64,000 nt of DNA from Trueperaceae bacterium (GTDB lineage Bacteria > Deinococcota > Deinococci > Deinococcales > Trueperaceae), in assembly GCA_965215565.1 (NCBI GenBank), contig CBDCDZ010000004.1:2080001-2144000 (forward strand). Reading direction: 5' to 3'. The notes beneath the pieces were generated by a model that saw only the letters and a list, made by a program, of their open reading frames with translations, was not told the origin of the DNA and did no database searches. Numbering within the stretch: position 1 is the first letter of the stretch; the number at the start of each line of letters is the position of its first letter. A program made the position numbers and the translations under genes. Shown piece after piece: positions 53,059 through 63,035 of this stretch.

Positions 53059-53985
53059 CTAGCGCAAACCCTTCACAGGAACAAAAAGGTCCTCCGGTAT
53101 CCCTTCGGGCGGCGTGTACGCCTCGATGACCTCTTGAGACAGGAGTCCGGCTTGCCCGAAAACGCGCATTGCCTCCCACTCGCCGAGCGCCACGATCTCG
53201 TCGAACGCCCAGAACGACTCGACGCGCACGTGCGGCATGGCGTGTTGGACGCGCACGTCGGCGGGGTGCATGTTGTACTGGATGTCGGTCAGAATGCTCT
53301 GCATGATGTCCGTGGAGCGCAAGACCATCTGCGCCATGAGGCTGCGGCGCTCGAGCTTGATCGTCGCCGTCATCCGCCGCCACCAATTCTCGTCCCCCAA
53401 GGGGTCAGAGAACGCGGCGCGGCGCGGCGCAGTGGCGTCGCTGGCGATGGAGCAGTTCGCGCCCAAAAAGGCGACGGCGTTCACCGGCAGGTTGTTCACA
53501 ATGCCGCCGTCCGCCAACATCCGCCCGTTGAAACTGACGGGCTCGAACGCGCCGGGATAGCAGCTAGACGCGCGCACCGCCGTGACCAAGTCGCCCTCTA
53601 GAATAAAGACTTCGTCGCCCGTTTCCACATCCGTCGTAGCCACCGCGAGCGGCTTTTTAAGCTCACCGAAGTCGGCGGGCAGGTGCAGCGCCAAGAGGTC
53701 ATGGAGCTTCTCGCCCTTGAGGAGCCCCGCTTGCATCGAGAAGTCCAAGAGGTGACGCCACGAGACCGACTTAGCCAAATCAAAAATTTCGTCGGCGCTG
53801 TAGCCGCTCGCGTAGAGCGCCCCTAAAATTGCGCCGATGGAGGTGCCCGCCACCACGTCCACGTGGATATTCGCCCGCTCCAACACACGCAGCGTGCCGA
53901 TGTGGGCAAAGCCCCTCGCGCCGCCGCCGCTCAGGATAAGCCCAACCTTGCGCTTGTTTTTGCCGGGACGTTCCGTCAACTCCAT
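53059..53985 (-). CDS. patatin-like phospholipase
   Basis: GGGARG, GTSIG, DGG. Confidence 0.93.
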   Translation of the reverse strand: MELTERPGKNKRKVGLILSGGGARGFAHIGTLRVLERANIHVDVVAGTSIGAILGALYASGYSADEIFDLAKSVSWRHLLDFSMQAGLLKGEKLHDLLALHLPADFGELKKPLAVATTDVETGDEVFILEGDLVTAVRASSCYPGAFEPVSFNGRMLADGGIVNNLPVNAVAFLGANCSIASDATAPRRAAFSDPLGDENWWRRMTATIKLERRSLMAQMVLRSTDIMQSILTDIQYNMHPADVRVQHAMPHVRVESFWAFDEIVALGEWEAMRVFGQAGLLSQEVIEAYTPPEGIPEDLFVPVKGLR

Positions 53986-54137
53986 ACCTGAGCATTTTAC
54001 CACCGCAAGATGAACTTTGGAGGTGCGGATGTGAACAGCGCGGGTCTCAGCTTGTCTCGGCATCTAGCGGGGTCACCAGCAGATGCTCCAACGAAGTCGC
54101 CGCTCAGCTAATCCGGGCGATTACACCACGCGCTATA

Positions 54138-54291
54138 TAGCAATTAACATAAGTACTGATTGGAATAGCGCAAGTCTCAGCCGCAGGCTAGCGGGATTTC
54201 ATTCTCAAATGTGCGTGCTGCTTACGAAGTTTTCGAAAGCGAAACGGTGTTCTACATCGTGAGAGCGTCTCAAACCAAATGATACTTGCTA
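54138..54291 (-). mobile_element. MITE-like repeat (subfamily 2) with two nested insertions
   Basis: tagcaattaacataa...caaaccaaatgatacttgcta. Confidence 0.8.
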
Positions 54292-54304
54292 TACTCGTCA
54301 CCTG

Positions 54305-54859
54305 ATGATTCCCGGCGTTCCCGAACGAATAGAAACCGAGCGCCTCGTCATCCGCAAGCCGCGCCTAGAGGACGCGGAAGCCATCTACGCCTCCGTGCTC
54401 GAGTCGCTGCCCGAACTCTCGCCCTGGATGCCCTGGGCGACACCCGGATACTCGCTCCAAGGCTGCGAGGATAATACTCGTGAGGCTATCGCTCAGTTCA
54501 TGACCCGCCAGAACTTGCGCTACCACTTCCACGATAAGGCGACGGGCGAACACATCGGCAACAGCGGGCTGCACAGGATCGACTGGAACGTGCCCAAGTT
54601 CGAAATCGGCTACTGGTGCCGCACGTCAAAAAGCGGACACGGCTACGTCACGGAAGCCGTTCGGGCGCTGACGGCGCTCGCTCTGGAGGACTTCGGGGCG
54701 GCGAGGGTTGAAATTCAGTGCGACGACAAGAACGTGAAGAGCGCGCAGGTGGCGCAGAGATGTGGGTACGGGCTCGAGGGCGTGTTGAAGGGTTACTCGA
54801 GGGGTACGGACGGCTCTTTGCGCGACGCGCGCATTTACGCGGTGACGCAGGAGGTATAA
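54305..54859 (+). CDS. RimJ/RimL-family GNAT acetyltransferase
   Basis: IETERL, WMPWA, EIGYW...G.GY.TEA, N.KS..VA...G. Confidence 0.92.
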   Translation: MIPGVPERIETERLVIRKPRLEDAEAIYASVLESLPELSPWMPWATPGYSLQGCEDNTREAIAQFMTRQNLRYHFHDKATGEHIGNSGLHRIDWNVPKFEIGYWCRTSKSGHGYVTEAVRALTALALEDFGAARVEIQCDDKNVKSAQVAQRCGYGLEGVLKGYSRGTDGSLRDARIYAVTQEV

Positions 54860-54969
54860 AGCAATTAACATAAACACTGAGCTTGAATCACGCAAGTATC
54901 ATTCCTTAAAGTGCGTGCTAAACCGCGTTCTTTCTTCTCAGACTGGCTCAAACCAAATGATACTTGCTA
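54860..54969 (-). mobile_element. 110-bp MITE-like repeat (subfamily 2)
   Basis: agcaattaacataa...caaaccaaatgatacttgcta; perfect internal IR gcaagtatcatt/aatgatacttgc. Confidence 0.8.
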
Positions 54970-54976
54970 TAGAAAC

Positions 54977-55008
54977 AAAAAAAAGGACGCACCCGTAGCG
55001 CGTCCTTC
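54977..55008 (-). terminator. intrinsic terminator of the HtrA gene
   Basis: AAGGACGC...GCGTCCTT hairpin plus T8 on the minus strand. Confidence 0.7.
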
Positions 55009-55031
55009 TCCTCTGCAGTGCTGACTGGAGC

Positions 55032-56789
55032 CTAGTTGCTACCCTGACCTTCAGGCGCGGCGAGCGTCACCTGGACGGTCTGCTCTTCGCCGTCACGTAG
55101 GATTCTCAAGTCGATAGTGTCGCCTGCTTGCTGGCTCGAAATGACTTGCTGAAGCTCCTGCGGCGTCGTGACCTCTTGTCCATTGACTCCAAGGATGATG
55201 TCGCCACCTACGGGCACTGCTTCACCGTCTATATCCACAGTGAATTCGCCTACTTGAAGCCCAGCTTGTTCGGCGGGGCTGCCCGGCTGCACGGCTGTTA
55301 CGGCGACGCCCTGAGCGGGCAAACTTAGACTTTCACGCACCCCTTCCGGGTAGTTTTGCACGTCGAAGATGCCGACGCCTAAACGTGGCCCGGAGGGCGC
55401 TTGAGCGGTGCCGCCTGTATCCTCTTGCGGCGCTTGCGCTTGCTGCTCCTGCGGCACCACGGAGAGCGTGACGGGCACGGTCCTCTTTTCGCCATTGCGC
55501 CAGATGCGTAACTCGACGGTATCGCCCTCCTCTTGCGCGAAGATGCGCTGCTGGAGTTCGCGCGTGCTCGTGACCTCTTGACCGTTCACCGCGAGGATAA
55601 CGTCGCCGCCCACCGGGATGGGCTGACCGTTCACGTTGATTTCGAACTGACCACCCTGTAGCCCGGCTCTTTCTGCTGCACTACCCGGCGCGAGTTCCAG
55701 GAGCGCCACGCCCTCGTCGGGCAAGTTCAGCTCCTGGCGGACGCTCTCGGGGAAGGACTCCACGTCCGCGATGCGTGCGCCGAGCCTCGCCCGCGTCGAG
55801 AGGTCTATGACGCCGCCCGCTTCCAGCCCCTCTAAGCTGCTCTGCAAGAGGTTGCTAGGGACCGCGAAACCGATGCCAATGTTGCCCCGCTGTCCTAAAC
55901 CACCACCTTGTCCAGGAATGATCGCGGTGTTTACGCCGATGAGTTCGCCTCTCGAGTTCAGCAGCGGACCGCCCGAGTTGCCGGGGTTAATAGCCGCGTC
56001 GGTCTGAACCAGAGGGATGTCTACCCCCGCCTCACCGACGCCCGGTAAGCTGCGCCCTACGCCCGAGACGATACCGATGGACACGGACGAGTTGAACCCG
56101 AAGGGGTTGCCGATGGCGATACTTTTTTGACCGATACTCAGTTCGTCCGAGTTTGCAAAGGGGATCGGCAGAACGTTCGCGACGCTCTCGGGCAGTTCGT
56201 CTGAGTTTTGCAGTTCCAGAAGTGCAAGGTCATAGAGCGCGTTTGCGCCCACAACCCGCACCGGGTACTCCTCATCGTTGCTGGGGAAGGTCACGGTGAC
56301 TTCGGAGCCTTCCGTCAGGTCTACACTGCCCTCTTGCAAGGCGGCGCGGATCACGTGATAGTTCGTGATGATGCGCCCCTGCTCGTCGATCACGAACCCG
56401 CTGCCCGCGCCCTCGACGGGCTGTTGGGGCTGCTGTCCTTGACCTGGTTGCCCCGGCTGCCCTGGAAGCTGGTCAAAGAACTCGCGGAACTGTGGGGGAA
56501 GCTGCTCTAAAAAGTCGTCGGGCAAGTTCTCGGGCAGCGAAGGGTTCGTCACCTGCTGACCCTGCGCGGTCACGTTGACCGAGACAACGCTTGGACCGTA
56601 CTCCTCGACGACGCTGATGGTATTTTGCTCATACGCTAGAAGCCCTTCGGCGTCGCTCTGCGCTTGCGCGCTCGTCTGCCCGCCGGTCTGCTCTTGCGCG
56701 CTCACCGCGTTCGTGCTGACGACGCCAAACGCGCCGAAGCCTAAAAGCGCCGTCACGCCTAGCGAAAGAAATGTTCGTCTTGCGTTCAT
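55032..56789 (-). CDS. HtrA/DegP-like serine protease with two PDZ domains
   Basis: GSGF, TNYHV, DLALL, QTDAAINPGNSGGPL. Confidence 0.95.
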   Translation of the reverse strand: MNARRTFLSLGVTALLGFGAFGVVSTNAVSAQEQTGGQTSAQAQSDAEGLLAYEQNTISVVEEYGPSVVSVNVTAQGQQVTNPSLPENLPDDFLEQLPPQFREFFDQLPGQPGQPGQGQQPQQPVEGAGSGFVIDEQGRIITNYHVIRAALQEGSVDLTEGSEVTVTFPSNDEEYPVRVVGANALYDLALLELQNSDELPESVANVLPIPFANSDELSIGQKSIAIGNPFGFNSSVSIGIVSGVGRSLPGVGEAGVDIPLVQTDAAINPGNSGGPLLNSRGELIGVNTAIIPGQGGGLGQRGNIGIGFAVPSNLLQSSLEGLEAGGVIDLSTRARLGARIADVESFPESVRQELNLPDEGVALLELAPGSAAERAGLQGGQFEINVNGQPIPVGGDVILAVNGQEVTSTRELQQRIFAQEEGDTVELRIWRNGEKRTVPVTLSVVPQEQQAQAPQEDTGGTAQAPSGPRLGVGIFDVQNYPEGVRESLSLPAQGVAVTAVQPGSPAEQAGLQVGEFTVDIDGEAVPVGGDIILGVNGQEVTTPQELQQVISSQQAGDTIDLRILRDGEEQTVQVTLAAPEGQGSN

Positions 56790-57157
56790 CTCATCACTCC
56801 TCTTAGATTGTTCTATTTAGGGATAGCCCTGCAATCTTAAAATTAAGCGTACCCACCCGCTATGAGTCTCTCTCATGAAGGGCGTGAAGTCTGTGAGGCA
56901 GGGCAACGTTCCGCCTTAACCTCGGCTTCATGGTGTCAAATGCGCGACACAATAAGGGCGCTCGCGGCGCTCTTTTAGTGACCAAACAGCTAGAAACGCG
57001 CGCCTTGTTTAGACGACCGTGTCAATCTTTCGTCCCCACAGTGAGACCCTAAACTTCCGACCGAGCAAAAACGCATTACCGCCGTACAATCGGCTGAGGA
57101 CACCGCCGACTTCTACCATCCTCGAGACCAAGCCTCCGAAGAGAACCTGCGCGTGCG

Positions 57158-57550
57158 CTACTCTCCTTCTCGCATCTCCCTCTCTTCCACTTCCCTCTGT
57201 CGCATTGGCATCGCGTCAATCACTGCAAAGAGGTCAGCGGGCTGTATGGGCTCCTCCAAACGCTCTTTCGCCGCGCCGTCCTTACCGATCAAAAGAACGA
57301 TAAAGTCATCTTCGGCGACGCCGTAGCGTTCGCGTAACGAGGTTACGTCTTCGGCAGACAGCGCTTTATCCTCCATATATCCTTCTTCTTGAAAGAGGTA
57401 AGAAACAATGAGGTCACGCTCTCGCAGCTCAGCCTCTTGACCCTCAAAAAGCTGCCGCTGCGCCCTTACCTCTTCATGCTCTGGTAAAGGCGCAAAGACG
57501 AGCAACAAACGGTTTTGCCACTGGTAATTGCCAAAGTCAACTTGAGCCAT
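57158..57550 (-). CDS. DUF4174-like protein
   Basis: WQNRLLLVFAP, LIGKDG..K, IDAMPMR..E. Confidence 0.85.
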   Translation of the reverse strand: MAQVDFGNYQWQNRLLLVFAPLPEHEEVRAQRQLFEGQEAELRERDLIVSYLFQEEGYMEDKALSAEDVTSLRERYGVAEDDFIVLLIGKDGAAKERLEEPIQPADLFAVIDAMPMRQREVEEREMREGE

Positions 57551-57601
57551 AACCCCTCCTGTCAGTAAGAATAGAGCCCTCAGGAGGGGCGTGAAAAGTG
57601 C

Positions 57602-58549
57602 CTACACTTCTGCTGACGTGGATATGTTGTCCGGGTCGCTCTTGCGCCTGAGCGATTCCGCCTCGATAAAGATGCGCTTAATCTGCGGATACTCCTCACG
57701 GATGCGCTTTTCTAGTCTATCGATAGACGTCTCCACCTCTTCGGCGGAGAGGTTATTTTTGAAATCGACCTCGAGCGTCAGCAAAACCTCTCTGGGCGCA
57801 AGGTACATCGTCAGAGGCGGCGCAACGTCTTCAACGGCTTCGTCTTGCCTGCCAATTTCTTGAATACCTCTTACGACTTTGAGGTCCGCGCTTTCGCCTA
57901 TCAAAAGCCCTTTGCTCTCGTAGGCTAGAAAGACCGCCACCGCCGCTAGAATGAAGCCGATGATAATCGAGGCGATACCGTCGAACGCAGGGTTGTCGAA
58001 GCGGTGACCGAGATAGACACCGAAAAACGCGACGATAAGCCCGAGCATCGCGGCTGTGTCCTCACCTAAGACGATAAAGACTGCCGGGTCTTTGCTCTCG
58101 CGCAAGGCTTGCCAGAGGGAACGCTCGCCCTGTGACTTGAGGAGTTCTTTAAGCGCGAGCCACCAAGCGACAGATTCGACGACTAACGCGATGCCCAAAA
58201 CCCAGTAGTTCCAAGTGGGGTCACCGAGTTCGGACGGATGCCTGAAATGCCTTATTCCCTCGTACATCGACATGCCGCCGCCGATGCCGAAGAGCAGCAT
58301 GGCGACGATGAGGCTCCAGAAGTAGAGTTCTTTACCGTAGCCGAACGGGTGGCGCTCGTCGGCAGGTGTTTTGCTGCGTTTAATGCCGAACAAGATGAGG
58401 AGTTGGTTGCCCGTGTCCACAACGGAGTGGATGCCCTCGGCTGCCATCGCCGACGAGCCCGTAAAGCCTGCAGCGACGAACTTGGTGATGGCGATGATGC
58501 CGTTGGCGGCTGCCGCCCCGTAAACGGCAATCGGTTTCTCTCCAGCCAT
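57602..58549 (-). CDS. cation diffusion facilitator transporter
   Basis: EGIHSVVDTGNQ, HPFGYGKE. Confidence 0.93.
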   Translation of the reverse strand: MAGEKPIAVYGAAAANGIIAITKFVAAGFTGSSAMAAEGIHSVVDTGNQLLILFGIKRSKTPADERHPFGYGKELYFWSLIVAMLLFGIGGGMSMYEGIRHFRHPSELGDPTWNYWVLGIALVVESVAWWLALKELLKSQGERSLWQALRESKDPAVFIVLGEDTAAMLGLIVAFFGVYLGHRFDNPAFDGIASIIIGFILAAVAVFLAYESKGLLIGESADLKVVRGIQEIGRQDEAVEDVAPPLTMYLAPREVLLTLEVDFKNNLSAEEVETSIDRLEKRIREEYPQIKRIFIEAESLRRKSDPDNISTSAEV

Positions 58550-58636
58550 GATGACCCCTTTGGTATCCCTAAATTTTGTTACAGCTTAACGCGGTGCTGA
58601 CTGAGTGGCTTTGAGCGGTTAGCTTTTAGCTAACGG

Positions 58637-59605
58637 CTATTCTAAGTTCTTCCGCTTGCGCGACTCCACCTCGACAAAGATGTGCTTCATCTCGGGGTAC
58701 TCCTCTCGGATTTTACGCTCGAGCCTGTCTATCGCCCGCTCCGCCTCATCCGCGGAAAAGGATGATTCGAAGTCTACCTCGAGCGTCAGCAAAACCTCTT
58801 TGGGCGCTAAGTGCATGGTGAAAGGCGGGTTGAAGCGTTTGATGGAATCATCTGACCTGAGAATCTCTTTAAGCCCGTCGATGGTTTCTTGGTCTGCGCC
58901 TTCGCCCACTAGAAGTTTCTTGCTTTCGTACACCAGGAAGACCGCGACGGTTCCCAACACCACGCCGATGAGAATCGTTGCCACCCCGTCGATAATGGGG
59001 TTCTCCAATACGTGACCGAGCCCAACGCCGAGCGCGGCTAAGGCGATGCCGATGAGCGCCGCTGAGTCCTCCGCCACCACCACGAATACCGCCGGGTTCT
59101 TGCTCTTCTCCATCGCTTCCCAGAAGCCCCTGTCTGGATTCTCCTTACGCAGCTCTCTAAGCGCGGTGAGGAGAGAAAACCCTTCAGCGAAAAAGGCGAT
59201 CGAGAGGACGAAGGCGGTGGCTTTGATGTCGCCGATGGGATGGGGTTCTAAGATGTGTTTGACGCCTTCGTAGATAGAAATCCCTGCACCGAGCCCGAAG
59301 AGGAGCACGGAGACGATGAGGCTCCAGAAATAAAGCTCTTTCCCGTAGCCGAAGGGGTGACGTTCATCAGCGGGCTTTTTACTGCGGCGGATGCCCAAGA
59401 GGAGCAGGAGTTGGTTTCCTGTATCCACCAGCGAGTGAATCGCTTCGGCGATCATCGCCGAGCTGCCAGAGATTGCGGCGGCGACAAACTTGGCAATGGC
59501 GATGGTCAGGTTCGCCGCTATCGCGGCGAGAACAGCAACCGGGCTTTCCGACTCGGTCTCGGGTTCTTCTTGCACGTCGGCGGACTCGGTGTCAGCGTCG
59601 GACAT
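58637..59605 (-). CDS. cation diffusion facilitator transporter (tandem paralog)
   Basis: EAIHSLVDTGNQ, HPFGYGKE; start at ATG after GAGG. Confidence 0.93.
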   Translation of the reverse strand: MSDADTESADVQEEPETESESPVAVLAAIAANLTIAIAKFVAAAISGSSAMIAEAIHSLVDTGNQLLLLLGIRRSKKPADERHPFGYGKELYFWSLIVSVLLFGLGAGISIYEGVKHILEPHPIGDIKATAFVLSIAFFAEGFSLLTALRELRKENPDRGFWEAMEKSKNPAVFVVVAEDSAALIGIALAALGVGLGHVLENPIIDGVATILIGVVLGTVAVFLVYESKKLLVGEGADQETIDGLKEILRSDDSIKRFNPPFTMHLAPKEVLLTLEVDFESSFSADEAERAIDRLERKIREEYPEMKHIFVEVESRKRKNLE

Positions 59606-59770
59606 AGCAACCTCCTCTATAGCGTTTCTCCACAGCATCCTTGCCCCTGTTGCTGTCATGGCTGGACCACTTGTAACCTCAGATTACAAAGGACGGCGGG
59701 GTAACTTTGGCGCGCAGGGCGCATTGTCGTGGCAACTTCTGCGTGCAGCCGCGCGTTAGAATGAAGCGGT

Positions 59771-60610
59771 ATGGAATCTCGGCAAACGCTCAAGCAGCGT
59801 CTAGGCGACATCATCTTCGAGCACGACAAGCCGCCCGACAAGCTCTTCGACATCGTCATTCTCGTGCTGATCGTGCTGAGTATCATCCTAGTGATGTTGG
59901 AGAGCGTCCCCTGGATTCGTGGAGCGTACGGCGGCGCGCTGCGCGTCGCTGAGTGGGTTTTCACGGTCCTCTTCACCGCCGAATACGCGCTTCGCGTCTA
60001 CACCGCGCGCAAGCGACTGCGCTACATCACGAGTTTTTTCGGCGTGGTGGACCTCTTAGCGATACTTCCCGGTTACTTGAGCCTCTTCCTCTTCGGCTCG
60101 CAGTACCTCATCGTGGTGCGCTCCTTGCGGCTTTTGCGTATCTTTCGCATCCTCAAACTGGCGCGGTTTCTGGGCGAGGCGAGCGTGCTGCGGCGGGCGC
60201 TCCGTGCTAGCACGCCGAAAATCATCGTGTTTTTAGGCACCGTCGTGACGATTGTGATGATTATCGGGGCGCTCATGTACGTGGTTGAAGGCGCGGAGAA
60301 CGGCTTTACCAGCATCCCTAAGAGCATCTACTGGGCGATCGTCACGCTGACAACCGTAGGCTACGGCGACATCTCGCCGCAGACGCCCCTCGGACAGACC
60401 CTCTCGGCGGTTGTCATGATCATCGGTTATGGGATCATCGCGGTGCCGACGGGCATCGTGACCTCAGAAATCTCCAAAGTGGATAAGGGGGGAGGGCAAG
60501 CGGCGATGTGCCCCGAGTGCGGACACACCAAACACGACGACGACGCGGCGCATTGCAAATACTGTGGGACGGGGCTCGAGGCGCAACAGAAAGCAGAAAC
60601 CGCTCAGTGA
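59771..60610 (+). CDS. voltage-gated K+ channel / ion transporter
   Basis: S4 RxxRxxR pattern, TTVGYGD filter, C-terminal CPEC...CKYC. Confidence 0.93.
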   Translation: MESRQTLKQRLGDIIFEHDKPPDKLFDIVILVLIVLSIILVMLESVPWIRGAYGGALRVAEWVFTVLFTAEYALRVYTARKRLRYITSFFGVVDLLAILPGYLSLFLFGSQYLIVVRSLRLLRIFRILKLARFLGEASVLRRALRASTPKIIVFLGTVVTIVMIIGALMYVVEGAENGFTSIPKSIYWAIVTLTTVGYGDISPQTPLGQTLSAVVMIIGYGIIAVPTGIVTSEISKVDKGGGQAAMCPECGHTKHDDDAAHCKYCGTGLEAQQKAETAQ

Positions 60611-61365
60611 ACCTTGTGCGGCAACCACGCGAGCACGTCCAAACGTTTGGAGAAGTGTAGAAGGGGTGGCTCGTCGGGTAGTCTGACGCCTATCTGCGTC
60701 GTCATCGCGCTAAAGTCAGTTTCCAACTCAACCTCGGCACGCTGCAACGGCCACATCTCATGATGAATCTCACCGCGCCGCACCTCTCCTTTGCGGTTGG
60801 CACTGTAGAGGCAGTAGCGCTCAGTTAGGAAATGGGTAAGGTCATCGGGCTCCGCCTTTTTCGCCATCGGCTTATAAAGTCCTACAAAATTTGCCTCTTT
60901 CGCGCCCTTGTGGGTTCGCACGCTCTTGTAGTAAACCGTCTCCCCTTTCACCTCACAGGACATGTCCGCGTCGTAATACGGCAGGTTGAAAGTTGCCCTG
61001 GCGAGCCGCACGGCGACAGGGTTGTGCGCGTCCAGGCTGAAAAACCACACGCCGGGTCTACGCTTTTGGTCTCGAGACGTCACATAGGTTCGCAGATTCA
61101 ACTCAGGAAAGTTCGACAGCCAGGGCACGCTCGGCAAATAGTGCGGGCGGACGTTACGCATATCGAAGGGAACGACGCCCAGCCACGCACTGCCGTTAGA
61201 GGTATCTAGCTCGAGCCCCTCTGGTATCAAATGACGCAGTGAACTTGCAGGCACAGGCCAGTGCATAAACAAGAGGTCGTGCCACTCCATCGAGAGCGCC
61301 CAGGGGTTGGACTCGAGGGGATAAGGGCGGTGGGCGGTGTGCTCGAGGAGGGAGGATACGGACAT
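60604..61365 (-). CDS. YqjF/DUF2071 family protein
   Basis: W.DLLF.HW, FPELNLRTYV, FFSLDA, FLTERY. Confidence 0.9.
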   Translation of the reverse strand: MSVSSLLEHTAHRPYPLESNPWALSMEWHDLLFMHWPVPASSLRHLIPEGLELDTSNGSAWLGVVPFDMRNVRPHYLPSVPWLSNFPELNLRTYVTSRDQKRRPGVWFFSLDAHNPVAVRLARATFNLPYYDADMSCEVKGETVYYKSVRTHKGAKEANFVGLYKPMAKKAEPDDLTHFLTERYCLYSANRKGEVRRGEIHHEMWPLQRAEVELETDFSAMTTQIGVRLPDEPPLLHFSKRLDVLAWLPHKVH

Positions 61366-61397
61366 TTGTCTAGTTTAAGAGGTCGCTCAAAGCGTCT

Positions 61398-61997
61398 CTA
61401 GGGGCTAGCTTGCAGCTCTTTCACGGGTTCATAGCGAAAACAATTCGTCACGTGGTCGTTGACCATCCCCACCGCCTGCATGTAAGCGTACATAATGGTG
61501 GAGCCAACAAACTTAAAGCCGCGCTTCTTGAGGTCTTGACTCAAAGCGTCGGACTCAGGCGTCGTCGCGGGAACCTCTTCTAAACTTCGCCACGCATTGA
61601 CAAGGGGTTGACCCTTCACAAACGGCCAGAGGTAAGCGTCAAAACTACCGAATTCCTCTTGAATCTTTAGAAAATGCTGCGCGTTGGTGACAGTTGAATT
61701 GACCTTTAGCTTGTTGCGGACGATACCTCTATTCTCGAGCAGTTCAGCAACCTTAGCCTCGCTATAATTCGCTACCTTTTGGGCGTCGAAGTGGTCAAAC
61801 GCCTCGCGGTACGCCGCGCGCTTTTTGAGGATGGTCAGCCAGGACAAGCCGGCTTGGGCACCCTCCAACACCAAAAACTCGAAGAGCGTCCGGTCACCAA
61901 AGACGGGGACGCCCCATTCGGTGTCGTGGTACTCGAGATAGAGCGGGTTGTCCGTCACCCAAGCGCAGCGCGTCGGCTCATTCGTCCTCATCATCAT
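61398..61997 (-). CDS. tag: DNA-3-methyladenine glycosylase I
   Basis: RCAW, YHDTEWG, EGAQAGLSW, NDH..C; exact start among three tandem ATGs uncertain. Confidence 0.95.
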   Translation of the reverse strand: MMMRTNEPTRCAWVTDNPLYLEYHDTEWGVPVFGDRTLFEFLVLEGAQAGLSWLTILKKRAAYREAFDHFDAQKVANYSEAKVAELLENRGIVRNKLKVNSTVTNAQHFLKIQEEFGSFDAYLWPFVKGQPLVNAWRSLEEVPATTPESDALSQDLKKRGFKFVGSTIMYAYMQAVGMVNDHVTNCFRYEPVKELQASP

Positions 61998-62916
61998 CCG
62001 CGCCATCTTTATAGAGCTTGAGCGCCGCGTAAATAAAGTCGTTCGCGGGCGTCTCGAGGCCGAGTTCATCGCCCAACTTGCTCGCATAGCCGTTGAGCGC
62101 GTCAAGCTCTAAAGGTCTACCTCTCGCCAAGTCCTGCTGCAAGGATGAATGCATTTCAGGGTCTAAGGAGTTGCGGCTGAATTCCAACCTCTCCTCCACA
62201 ATGTCCTCGGGCAGGTCAACCCCTTTGGCTTTCGCCAACGCCGCAATCTCTTCCATTACCTTGCGGTAGAGCGCAGTGGTATCTTCGTCAGCTAAGACTT
62301 GACCGATAGGCTTGCGCGTCAACGCGGTAACGCCGCTAAACGCGCAGATAAAGAGCCACTTCGTCCAGATGACACGCTGAATGTTGTCCTCTAACTCCGC
62401 TTCGACATCTACCGACTTAAACGCCTCTAAAAGCCGCTCAGCGTTCTCCGGCACCTCGCCGTTAAAAGGACCAAACGACAGACGAGCAAAGGGGCTTTTA
62501 TGCGCGATCACACCGGGTTCACTGATTTCCGCTTCGACGTACGCCACGCCGCCAAGTACGTATCCGTCACCCAAGACCTCTTGTAACACCTCTTCGTTCC
62601 CCACACCATTTTGCAAGCTCACGACAACCGCACCGTCTTTGAGGAGCGGTTTAACTTTTTCAGCCGCGTCCTTCGTATCTTGCGACTTAACCGTGAAAAG
62701 TACTGCGTCCACCTCACCGATGTGCTCAGCGTCGTCCGTCACCGGAATCGCCATGATGTCGAAGTCGCCCAGCGTGCTCTTAACCTTGAGACCCTGCTCG
62801 CGCAGCACCTCTAAATGCTCACCTCTCGCGATGAAGTGAACGTCGTTTTCACCTTGCGCCAAGCGCCCCCCGAAGTACCCGCCGACGCCACCGGACCCCA
62901 TGACAGCGATTTTCAT
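61978..62916 (-). CDS. panE: 2-dehydropantoate 2-reductase family
   Basis: GSGGVGG, VKS, LQNG, W.K, SSLQQD...GRPLE. Confidence 0.88.
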   Translation of the reverse strand: MKIAVMGSGGVGGYFGGRLAQGENDVHFIARGEHLEVLREQGLKVKSTLGDFDIMAIPVTDDAEHIGEVDAVLFTVKSQDTKDAAEKVKPLLKDGAVVVSLQNGVGNEEVLQEVLGDGYVLGGVAYVEAEISEPGVIAHKSPFARLSFGPFNGEVPENAERLLEAFKSVDVEAELEDNIQRVIWTKWLFICAFSGVTALTRKPIGQVLADEDTTALYRKVMEEIAALAKAKGVDLPEDIVEERLEFSRNSLDPEMHSSLQQDLARGRPLELDALNGYASKLGDELGLETPANDFIYAALKLYKDGADDDEDE

Positions 62917-62931
62917 TATTATCTCCTTAGA

Positions 62932-63003
62932 GAAGCAAGCAACGAGTTCAAAGCAATGAGCAATGAGTCAAGTCTTTTCACTTTTAACTCGTTGCTCGTT
63001 GCT
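62932..63003. repeat. AGCAATG-type heptamer palindromic repeat
   Basis: agcaacgag...agcaatgagcaatgagtc...ctcgttgctcgttgct. Confidence 0.65.
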
Positions 63004-63035
63004 TCGTAATTCGCTCTAGCATACCCTCTTATTCA

